Origin: Acidaminococcus sp. CAG:917
Lineage (GTDB): Bacteria; Bacillota; Clostridia; Christensenellales; CAG-917
Assembly: GCA_000437555.1 (NCBI GenBank)
Contig: FR901028.1
Coordinates: 128,893 to 192,892, forward strand
Direction: 5' to 3'
DNA length: 64,000 bases
Below, piece after piece: positions 55,713-64,000 of this stretch; the first letter of the stretch is position 1, and the number at the start of each line of letters is the position of its first letter. The notes under the pieces were generated by a model. That model did no database searches and had not been told where the DNA came from. It saw only the letters and a list, made by a program, of their open reading frames with translations. The translations under genes and the position numbers were made by a program.

Positions 55713-57011
55713 ATGAAAACAATCGTTGCAATTTCAACGCCGTCCGGCAAGGGCGGCATAGGTATAGTCAGACTTAGCGGTGACGACGCTTTAGCGATAG
55801 CAAAGAGCGTGTTTACGGTTAAGTCTTTTTCTATTGAGCCGAACTATATGTATTTCGGCACTTTTTCGGGCAAAGATTTTTCCGACAAAGGCTATTTGGT
55901 ATACTTCAAAGCGCCTCACTCATTCACGGGCGAGGACGTCGTTGAGCTTCAGCTTCACGGCGGGCGCCGAATTTTGGAGGGTGCGGTCGAAGAGTGTATA
56001 TCCCACGGCGCAAACGCCGCCGAACCGGGAGAATTTACAAAGAGGGCGTATCTAAACGGGAAACTTGCCTTAGCGGACGCCGAAGCGGTAATAGATATGA
56101 TAAACGCCGAGAGCGCCGCCGCCGTAAGGGCGGGCTACCGTCAGATGCAGGGATATCTTGCAAAAGAAGTATCCGCATTGGAAGATATGCTCATAAATCT
56201 GATTTCCGCATTGGAAGCGTCGCTTGACTATCCCGATGAAATGGAAGACGAGGTATTGCCGTCAATTCCCGAAGTGACAAAAAAGGTAAAGGACAAATTA
56301 AACGCTCTTATAAATTCCGCAAGAGCGGGCAGGCTTGTAAAATCGGGAATCAACGTTGCGCTTATAGGAAAGACGAACGTGGGAAAATCTTCCCTTTTAA
56401 ACAAACTTGTCGGCTGCGACAGGGCAATCGTCACGGATATTGCCGGCACGACAAGGGATACAATCGAAGCCGCAATAGAGCATAAAGGAGTAAAGATAAA
56501 CTTTATCGACACGGCGGGAATCCGTCAAAGCGACGATATGATTGAAATGGCGGGCGTGGAGCGTTCAAAGGTTTCGGCTAAGGGAGCAGACGTCGTTATC
56601 AACGTTGTCGATTCCGCTAAGGACGAAAAGCCGCTTTATACGTCGGACGAAAAGACGGTGTTTAACGTCTACAACAAATGCGACGTAACTAAACAGGAAA
56701 TTAAAAGAGCGGGAAACGATTTTTTTATATCCGCTAAATACGACAAGGGAGTATCGTTAATTCTTGATGCAATTGCCGATATCTGTCTTGACTCGGAAAC
56801 GGAAAACGGCTCGACGGTCACAAGCGCAAGACATTTAGCCGCGCTTATTTCCGCCAAAAAATCGCTTGATGCGGTAGACGTATCCCAAACAACCGATTGT
56901 ATTTTAATAGATTTAAAAGACGCTTTATCGTCACTCGGCGAGATAACGGGCAAGAGTGCGAGCGAAGAAGTGGTAGATGCGATTTTCAAAAATTTCTGCG
57001 TAGGAAAATAA
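55713..57011 (+). CDS. mnmE: tRNA modification GTPase MnmE (TrmE)
   Basis: IVAISTPSGKGGIGIVRLSG, G-domain GKTNVGKSSLLN / DTAGIR / NKCD, and the C-terminal FCVGK. Confidence 0.92.
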   Translation: MKTIVAISTPSGKGGIGIVRLSGDDALAIAKSVFTVKSFSIEPNYMYFGTFSGKDFSDKGYLVYFKAPHSFTGEDVVELQLHGGRRILEGAVEECISHGANAAEPGEFTKRAYLNGKLALADAEAVIDMINAESAAAVRAGYRQMQGYLAKEVSALEDMLINLISALEASLDYPDEMEDEVLPSIPEVTKKVKDKLNALINSARAGRLVKSGINVALIGKTNVGKSSLLNKLVGCDRAIVTDIAGTTRDTIEAAIEHKGVKINFIDTAGIRQSDDMIEMAGVERSKVSAKGADVVINVVDSAKDEKPLYTSDEKTVFNVYNKCDVTKQEIKRAGNDFFISAKYDKGVSLILDAIADICLDSETENGSTVTSARHLAALISAKKSLDAVDVSQTTDCILIDLKDALSSLGEITGKSASEEVVDAIFKNFCVGK

Positions 57012-57012
57012 T

Positions 57013-58845
57013 ATGGAGTATGACGTAATTGTGGTGGGCGGCGGTCACGCCGGTATAGAGGCCGCGCTCAGCTCATCGAGATTAAAGCTTAATACGTTAA
57101 TGCTTGCCATAAGCATAAACGGCATAGGGCTTATGCCGTGTAATCCCGCCATAGGCGGAACGGCAAAAGGACATCTCGTCAGGGAAGTCGACGCACTCGG
57201 CGGCGGTATGGGTATCGTTGCGGACAAATCGCTTCTTCAGATAAAAATGCTAAACCGTGCAAAAGGTCCTGCCGTTTTTTCGCTCAGGGGGCAGGCAGAC
57301 AAGGCTCTCTATCACGAAAATATGCTAAAGTATTTACGTGAGCAGGAAAATCTCACCGTTTCAGAGGGTGAGGCGGACGAACTGATATTGGACGGCGACA
57401 CCGTCAAGGGCGTTGTTGTCGGCGGCGAAAAAATTTATTCAAAGGCGGTCGTATTATGCACGGGCGTCTATATGAAGGGCAGGATAATCACGGGCGACTA
57501 TATCTTAGAGAGCGGACCGTGGGGCTATGCTCCGTCCGAAAAACTCAGCGACAGCCTGAGGGCGGCGGGGCTTGAGCTTGTCCGCTTTAAGACGGGTACG
57601 CCCGCACGAATTTACCGTGACAGTATCGACTTTGACAAGATGGAAATTCAGGAAGGCGAAAACGTGTCTCCTTTCAGTTTTATGACGGAAGGCAAAATAG
57701 AAAACGTCGAGCCGTGCTACCTTACTTACACCAACGAAGAAACGCACAAAATTATTTTAAACAACATAGACCGCTCTCCTCTATACAACGGTTCGATATC
57801 GGGGATAGGGCCGCGCTACTGTCCGTCTATCGAAACAAAGGTTATGCGTTTTGCCGATAAAGAAAGGCACCAGATTTTCGTTGAACCCGAAGGCTACAGG
57901 AGCGAGGAAATGTATATTCAGGGTATGTCCTCGTCGCTTCCGCACGACGTGCAGGAAAAAATGTATCGCACCGTAAAGGGGCTGGAACATTGCCGTTTTG
58001 CACGCTATGCCTATGCAATCGAATACGACTGTTTAAATCCTATGCAGCTTGACAGCTCCCTTAAGGTTAAAAAGTTAAACGGGCTTTACTGCGGCGGTCA
58101 GATAAACGGAAGCAGCGGCTATGAAGAGGCGGCGGCTCAAGGGCTTGTTGCAGGAGCAAACGCCGCACTTTGGGTGTTAGGAAAGCAGCCGCTCGTCTTA
58201 AGACGGGACGAGGCGTATATAGGCGTGCTTATCGACGACCTCGTCACCAAGGGCACAAACGAGCCGTACAGAATGATGACGGCAAGAGCGGAGCACCGCA
58301 TATATTTAAGGCAGGACAACGCCGACGTCCGTCTTACCCCGATAGGCGAAAAATTCGGGCTTGTCACGATAGAGCGTGTAAAAAAGCTTAACGAAAAATT
58401 AAGGCAAATGTCAAAGCTCGATGCGATTATGGATAAGCCCTTGCCCAAAGAGCCGCTCAGCGTTATATGTGAAAAGATAGGCGATAAAACTTCCGTCACC
58501 TTGCACGACCTCTTAAAGCGCCCCGATTTCAAATCGGAATATTTAAAACAAAACGGTCTGTTTGAAGAATACTCCGACGAGGTGCTGGAAGCGTTTGCCG
58601 TGGAAAAGAAATACGAGGGATATTTAAAGAAACAGCAAAAGGCTATAGCGGAACAAAAACGGCTTGAAGACAAACTTTTGCCCGACGATATCGACTATCT
58701 CAAAATCGGGGGACTTAGGCTTGAAGCAAGACAAAAGCTTGACGAGGTCCGTCCCAAAAACTTAGGACAGGCAAGCAGAATATCAGGCGTTTCTCCCGCA
58801 GATATTTCCGTGCTTATCGTTCATCTTGCAAATCAGAAAAAATGA
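57013..58845 (+). CDS. mnmG: tRNA uridine 5-carboxymethylaminomethyl modification enzyme MnmG (GidA)
   Basis: YDVIVVGGGHAGIEAA FAD motif, GPRYCPSIE, GQINGSSGYEEAAAQG; 610 aa. Confidence 0.95.
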   Translation: MEYDVIVVGGGHAGIEAALSSSRLKLNTLMLAISINGIGLMPCNPAIGGTAKGHLVREVDALGGGMGIVADKSLLQIKMLNRAKGPAVFSLRGQADKALYHENMLKYLREQENLTVSEGEADELILDGDTVKGVVVGGEKIYSKAVVLCTGVYMKGRIITGDYILESGPWGYAPSEKLSDSLRAAGLELVRFKTGTPARIYRDSIDFDKMEIQEGENVSPFSFMTEGKIENVEPCYLTYTNEETHKIILNNIDRSPLYNGSISGIGPRYCPSIETKVMRFADKERHQIFVEPEGYRSEEMYIQGMSSSLPHDVQEKMYRTVKGLEHCRFARYAYAIEYDCLNPMQLDSSLKVKKLNGLYCGGQINGSSGYEEAAAQGLVAGANAALWVLGKQPLVLRRDEAYIGVLIDDLVTKGTNEPYRMMTARAEHRIYLRQDNADVRLTPIGEKFGLVTIERVKKLNEKLRQMSKLDAIMDKPLPKEPLSVICEKIGDKTSVTLHDLLKRPDFKSEYLKQNGLFEEYSDEVLEAFAVEKKYEGYLKKQQKAIAEQKRLEDKLLPDDIDYLKIGGLRLEARQKLDEVRPKNLGQASRISGVSPADISVLIVHLANQKK

Positions 58846-58870
58846 ACGAACAAAATAATCAAAAACAAAA

Positions 58871-58895
58871 AGCAACGCAAAGCGTTGCTTTTTTG
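58871..58895 (+). terminator. Terminator after mnmG
   Basis: AGCAACGC-aaa-GCGTTGCT stem, then a T6 run. Confidence 0.85.
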
Positions 58896-59504
58896 TAAAT
58901 CCTCAAAATAAAACGTAGAGCTTAAGAACGGACAAAATGCAAAAAAGGCGTGGCGATAAAGTTCGGTGCGGTTAATCCAATCCGTTTAAAATGGATTTTG
59001 CATCGAAAACACGTTTGAAGCGGAATTAAAATAAACTTGCCCCTAAAACAACAAGGGCAATCAATAATATTATAAAAAAAGCTGTATAAAACGAAACGAC
59101 ACAATATAAATCGTGTCGTTTCGTCTTTATGATAAGGGGGAAAATTATGAGCAATTTCTGCTGTATCAAGTGCTATCAGCTCTTGATTACGCTATGATAA
59201 TAGCACCATATATTTTTATTGTCAACAAAAAAAATAAAAAATTTTAAAAATTTTTTAAAAAATGACAAATTTATACGAAATAATACAAAAATAGTTAAAT
59301 TTTTAACAAAAATGAGATATATAATAAAAATTTTCGTCACTTTTGTTAAAAATTGAACGATTTATATCATAAAAAGATATAAAATAAATTTGATTTTATT
59401 ATTTAAAGGAAAAAGGCAAAATAAAAACCGCTCTGCCGAGCGGTATAGAGTTTTCGTTTTAAAAGGATATTTTAAAATATTTAAACTTATATTTAATCTT
59501 TTGA

Positions 59505-60413
59505 TTATTTCAGACCGTTCTCCGTCAGATATTTTATCGCACTGTTTGCGGCAATCGCTCCGTCGGAAGCGGCGGTGATAACCTGTCTTAGGGGCTTTTG
59601 CCTTAAATCGCCTGCGACGAAAACGCCCTCGAATGCCGTTGACATATCGTCTTTTGTTATGACGTAGCCTTGAGCGTCGAGTTCGAGCCACTTAAACGAT
59701 TCGGTTTCGGGCACTTGTCCCACTGCCACAAAAAGTCCGTCGACTTCCAAAGAGGAAAGCTCGCCCGTTTTCACGTTTTTTAAGGTGAGCGACTCCACAC
59801 TGTCTCCTCCGTTGATGTTTTCGACAACGCTGTCCCAAATTATTTTTACTCCGCTTTTTAAAATTGCGTCGGCGAGTGCTTTTTCCGCTCTCAAAGCGTC
59901 TCTGCGGTGAACAAGGTAAACCTCGCTTGCAAAGTTTTTTAGATAGAGAGCGTCTTCAACCGCCGTGTTGCCGCCGCCGTTGACGGCGACTTTTTTGCCT
60001 TTGAAAAACGCTCCGTCGCAGGTGGCGCAGTATGAAACGCCTTTTCCCGTCAGCCTCGCTTCCGCTTCGAGATTGAGTTTTCTCGGATAAGCTCCCGTGG
60101 CGATAATGAGCGCACCGTATGAAATTTCGTCAGCGGCAAGTTTTACCTTTTTGTTTTTGGGGTCAACGTCTAAAACGCGGTCGAAAATAAACTGCGCTCC
60201 AAAGCCCTCGGCTTGGTTCATCATTTTCATTGCAAGCTCAAAGCCGCTTTCTTTATCCACGCCCGGATAATTTTCGATTTCGGACGTCAAAACAATCTGT
60301 CCTCCGGGCGCTTGTTTTTCGATAACGGCGGTATTAAGTCCGCCCCTTGTTGCGTAAATTGCCGCACTGAGTCCTGCCGGACCGCCGCCGATGATTACTA
60401 AATCATAATTCAT
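59505..60413 (-). CDS. trxB: Thioredoxin-disulfide reductase
   Basis: [16 protein letters not shown], redox-active CATCDG, NADPH motif [12 protein letters not shown]; 302 aa. Confidence 0.9.
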   Translation of the reverse strand: MNYDLVIIGGGPAGLSAAIYATRGGLNTAVIEKQAPGGQIVLTSEIENYPGVDKESGFELAMKMMNQAEGFGAQFIFDRVLDVDPKNKKVKLAADEISYGALIIATGAYPRKLNLEAEARLTGKGVSYCATCDGAFFKGKKVAVNGGGNTAVEDALYLKNFASEVYLVHRRDALRAEKALADAILKSGVKIIWDSVVENINGGDSVESLTLKNVKTGELSSLEVDGLFVAVGQVPETESFKWLELDAQGYVITKDDMSTAFEGVFVAGDLRQKPLRQVITAASDGAIAANSAIKYLTENGLK

Positions 60414-60820
60414 AGTGTCTTCCTTTAACTCTTAAGAGTTTACCGCATTTGCGGATTTAAATTTAATAATAAAACAAGTTTATAAAACAGTTTCATATAT
60501 TATAGTATATTGTAAACGTAAATACATATTAAATATTTTCCTGTTAACTGTCAAGTCAAATTGTTCGGGACTAAAACCGCTACGGGCGCACCGATTCCGC
60601 CTGACGATTTTTGGAACTGGGGTTTTAAAAAAGCGGCGGTTTTTGCCGATATTTGCCGATAAAAGCTTAAAAATAAATTAAAAACGCATATTGACAAAGC
60701 CTTTTGGCGGGGTTAAAATAAAGTGTAACATTCTTTTAGCTATTTAACCGACATTTTTTACGGGCAGAAATTCCAAAAAACAGTTCTAGAAAAAGGGCCT
60801 TTTTGAAAAAAGAGGAGATT

Positions 60821-63800
60821 ATGAGACACCCTTATAAGAATTTTAAAATATTAGTTCTCGCGCTCTTATTTATAGTTTTGGTGGGCGCATTAGTCGCTTG
60901 CAATACAGATACGGGCGACAAGGTTTCTGCGCCGACAGACGAGCCTATATCTTCACCGTCAGACGAAATTTTATCCGACGTTACATATTTTGACCAGTCG
61001 CAGGTGATAGGAAGCGAACCGGACGTCACGTTCGGGATTGCCTCCGATGTATATCTTGACAATGAAAATATCGACGCATACGTTTCGGTTGCCGACCGCA
61101 ACGGCGAGAGAGTGGAGATAACGGTTGCGGAAACGGGTTTAGGCTTATACGAGATAGCCAAAGCGGAAGGGGAATATACGGCAGTCGAAACATATTACAT
61201 AACTTTGCTTGACGAAGCCGTTACGTTTGTCGACAGCGACGAAAGAGTGTTAAACTTTAACATCTACAAACCGCAAACAGTAGTGCTTGAAGAAAAAGAG
61301 GGGATTGTCGAACTCGAAGCAGGCGACTACTCGTTGGATGAAAAAGGCATTAAAGTAAATGACAACATAGGTGCGGGAAGCATTTTAAACGTTAAGTACG
61401 CAGACGGCACAAACGCCTATCTTAAAGTCAGCGAGGTTATACCTGCGGCAGACGGCAACGTGTTGGTGACGGTTGCTCCTACGATTGAAGAAATTTATAA
61501 AAAACTCGACATTTATTCGGTTGAAAAATTCGACTGTTCACAACTTGACCTCGACGCTATCGACGGCGACAGCGTCATTTCGGGAATTCAGCAGTCGGAT
61601 ATGTTTTTGTCCTTTGCGTCGGCAATAGAGAGAGTGTCCGAGGCGACGCCCGCTCTCAGTCTTCCCGACCTTGACGATTTCACCATATCTTTTAAAGCGT
61701 CGGTCAACGACGACAAAAACATAGTCATCGACGCGGTTATTGCCTACAAGGGCGGATATACCGCGGGCGACCAAGTTGGCAAGCTTTACGTCGAACTCAA
61801 ATACAGCGGCGTCATATCCTACAACGTCAAAGCCAGCATTGTTGCGGAAGGTTTCGACGTCGATTACGACTTCGCAATCACGGCAAACACGTCTCACAAA
61901 ATATCGCTTGCCGTTCAATGGCTTGACGCCTCCGACGACGTCATTATAGCTTCCGACGATGAGCTCAAAGAGGAGATAAGCCTCATTATGGCGGATAAAA
62001 ACAATATCCCCTCAAAAGTGCTCGGTGAGGCTAAAGAGTTCGGAAAAACGTTTGAAGTTCCGCTCTGCGAAGATTTTACATACGTCATTCCCAATACTCC
62101 GATAACCGCAAACGTCGGCTTTAAATGGATAATAGGTCTTGAAGTTCAAGGCGAGATTTTCACCGATATGGAAATGACAAGCTCCGATACGCTCGGCGTT
62201 CGCTCCGTCACAAAGGAGGGCGAGGACAGCCAGGAGTTTTATCACGTCAAATCTAAAGACGCCAGCCCCGACCTTATGCTCATGGGCGAGGCTACGATAA
62301 AGACAGGCGTCAGGATAGACGCATATTTCTCAATCGTTGGACTCAGCGACAACGTAAGGATAGGCATTAAAGGCGACGCAGGAATTTATCTTACCGTCAA
62401 AGGTATCACCGCAGGCGTTGACGGCAGTGACGAAAAGATAGGCGTCGTTTACGGCGAAGTCGGATTCTTTGTCGGATATCAGGTCTACGGCAAAGTGTTC
62501 GTATCTTTTGATATAGTAGGCGACGAATACCGACTTAAACTTTTCGATTTCGGAACGGACGCGATTTATACGGGCTTTGTCGAAAACTCGTCCGTTATGA
62601 ACGCCACTCCGCTAAAGACGATAAACGGCAATATAGGCAAGAGATTGCAAATCAATCAATTTGTCGTCAGTGAGTTCGGAATAGAGCAGATTACTCTTTT
62701 AAAGAGCGATTGCAATTATGATATCAAAAACGGATATATCACTTATTTTAACGGACAGTTTTATATTACCACGGCGCTTCATCAATTCACCGAAGAAATA
62801 ACCGTCACGCTCAAAGCGGACGAGACGATAACCAAAGTCATCACGATAAACTATGACGACGGCTACGTCGCACCCGAAGAGGACGAAACGGTAAGCACGG
62901 ACGAACCGGAACAGGGAACGGGTGAGGTTACCGAGCCTGAAACTCCTGAAACGGGCGACGGCGAAGTGACACAGCCTGAAGAGCCCGAACAGGGCGAGAC
63001 GACCGACCCCGAAGAGGGCGAAGTCACCCCCGAACAGCCGGAAACCGGTGACGGAGAGGTTACCGAGCCTGAAACTCCTGAAACGGGCGACGGCGAAGTG
63101 ATACAGCCCGAAGAGCCGGTCATAGAAAACCTTGTTTCTACTTTGGAAATGTATGTGGACGGCGAACTTTACGACACGATACAAACTCAGTATACGGTTT
63201 CCTATCCTTTGAGCGAGCCGACCAAATTCGGATATACGTTTAAAGGTTGGTATTTCGTAGACGAGCAGGGCAACAAGACAATTGCCACCACCACGCTTTT
63301 GGGCAATCAAGTATATACTATGCCTTTCAACACGATTGACACGTTTACCGTGCAGGCGGTATGGGAAAAGACGTATAGCGATTATACCTACGTTTCCGTT
63401 CCGTCGGATATTAAGTCCATTTCCAAAAACGGAAAATATTTCTTCTTGAACGATATTGACCTCGGCGGTATAGTGTGGACTCCCGTCAGTGAGTTTAACG
63501 GAATTATCGAGGGCAACGGCAAGAAGATTTCAAACTTCACGATAGAAAGCTCAGACAGCTTTGTGGGATTTATCGCCGTCAATAACGGCACCATAAACAA
63601 CCTTAAAGTGTATGCCGACGTTAGCTTAAACTCTTTGGAAGAGGACGTCTATTGCGGAGTGCTCGCCGGTAAAAACAACGGAGTTATAAACGATTGTTAT
63701 ACAAACGGCGACGTCAATGCGGTCATGAAAGGAAACGCGGTATTTGTTTCTGAATATAACGGATATTTCGGCGGCGTAGTCGGAGCAAACTACGGCAAAA

Positions 63801-64000
63801 TTTACGGCACAGATACTTTGGCAAACGTATATGCTACAACAAACAACGTGCGTATAAATCTCTACGTCGGAGGTTTTGTCGGCGCGAACATGAGCGGCTT
63901 GATTTCCGATTGTTCGGCAAACAGCTATATCGAATCTTCAATCACCAATGCCGTTTCGGTGTGCGACTCGTATGCGGGCTTCTTTGCTGCATACAATAAA
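60821..64000 (+). CDS. Large surface lipoprotein with P/E/T-rich linker, Listeria-Bacteroides repeat and GLUG-like repeats (3' end outside the window)
   Basis: Not in the track because no stop occurs in the window. RBS AGAGGAG. MRHPYKNFKILVLALLFIVLVGALVAC lipobox. Frame 2 read through to 64000. FGYTFKGWYFVDEQG (Flg_new-like). GFIAVNNGTINNL / GVLAGKNNGVINDCY / GGVVGANYGKIYG / GGFVGANMSGLISDC (GLUG-like). Confidence 0.75.
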   Translation, partial: MRHPYKNFKILVLALLFIVLVGALVACNTDTGDKVSAPTDEPISSPSDEILSDVTYFDQSQVIGSEPDVTFGIASDVYLDNENIDAYVSVADRNGERVEITVAETGLGLYEIAKAEGEYTAVETYYITLLDEAVTFVDSDERVLNFNIYKPQTVVLEEKEGIVELEAGDYSLDEKGIKVNDNIGAGSILNVKYADGTNAYLKVSEVIPAADGNVLVTVAPTIEEIYKKLDIYSVEKFDCSQLDLDAIDGDSVISGIQQSDMFLSFASAIERVSEATPALSLPDLDDFTISFKASVNDDKNIVIDAVIAYKGGYTAGDQVGKLYVELKYSGVISYNVKASIVAEGFDVDYDFAITANTSHKISLAVQWLDASDDVIIASDDELKEEISLIMADKNNIPSKVLGEAKEFGKTFEVPLCEDFTYVIPNTPITANVGFKWIIGLEVQGEIFTDMEMTSSDTLGVRSVTKEGEDSQEFYHVKSKDASPDLMLMGEATIKTGVRIDAYFSIVGLSDNVRIGIKGDAGIYLTVKGITAGVDGSDEKIGVVYGEVGFFVGYQVYGKVFVSFDIVGDEYRLKLFDFGTDAIYTGFVENSSVMNATPLKTINGNIGKRLQINQFVVSEFGIEQITLLKSDCNYDIKNGYITYFNGQFYITTALHQFTEEITVTLKADETITKVITINYDDGYVAPEEDETVSTDEPEQGTGEVTEPETPETGDGEVTQPEEPEQGETTDPEEGEVTPEQPETGDGEVTEPETPETGDGEVIQPEEPVIENLVSTLEMYVDGELYDTIQTQYTVSYPLSEPTKFGYTFKGWYFVDEQGNKTIATTTLLGNQVYTMPFNTIDTFTVQAVWEKTYSDYTYVSVPSDIKSISKNGKYFFLNDIDLGGIVWTPVSEFNGIIEGNGKKISNFTIESSDSFVGFIAVNNGTINNLKVYADVSLNSLEEDVYCGVLAGKNNGVINDCYTNGDVNAVMKGNAVFVSEYNGYFGGVVGANYGKIYGTDTLANVYATTNNVRINLYVGGFVGANMSGLISDCSANSYIESSITNAVSVCDSYAGFFAAYNK
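62924..63117 (+). repeat. Two 62-nt direct repeats (60 of 62 identical) 132 nt apart, inside the P/E/T-rich linker
   Basis: 62924-62985 and 63056-63117 both read GAGGTTACCGAGCCTGAAACTCCTGAAACGGGCGACGGCGAAGTGA(C/T)ACAGCC(T/C)GAAGAGCC. Confidence 0.85.

Overview
Origin-proximal chromosomal segment of a spore-forming, moderately low-GC Firmicute. The Clostridia-like assignment is an inference from the gerA-type operon, yyaC and overall gene content. Most of the window is ordinary housekeeping DNA. It holds a germinant-receptor operon, signal peptidase I, a Fur-family regulator with a reverse rubrerythrin, and a CPA2 antiporter. It also holds a heterodimeric ABC exporter, ftsH-cysE-cysS, cvpA, a GH13 alpha-glucosidase, mtnN-luxS, uppP, ychF, argS, trxB and two tRNAs. 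All classical origin-flanking genes are present, but they are scattered and re-oriented: yyaC, dnaA, dnaN, recF, parA, parB, rsmG, gyrB, gyrA and rpmH-rnpA-yidD-yidC-jag-mnmE-mnmG. The most unusual object is a 3.4-kb tract (38.3-41.7 kb) with no ORF longer than 79 aa, lying between rsmG-parA-parB/mtnN-luxS and gyrBA. It carries a cluster of DnaA boxes (two perfect), three near-consensus parS sites, a T-rich to A-rich composition flip and a 49-aa zinc-ribbon ORF. It looks like the real or ancestral oriC, about 12 kb away from dnaA. dnaN-dnaA-recF sit in a roughly 6-kb block of lower GC, next to a 17-bp-period AT-rich tandem array. dnaA and recF diverge from back-to-back promoters that abut their ATGs, and no DnaA boxes lie upstream of dnaA. 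The same TATAAT-N6/7-ATG geometry, which suggests leaderless mRNAs, recurs at five or more genes. Other accessory content is a 1100-aa orphan membrane-anchored protein and three large surface proteins with Fn3-like, Listeria-Bacteroides-repeat and GLUG-like modules. No integrase, transposase, CRISPR array or recognisable defence genes were seen. All calls come from reading the sequence and motif-level recognition; no database search was run.
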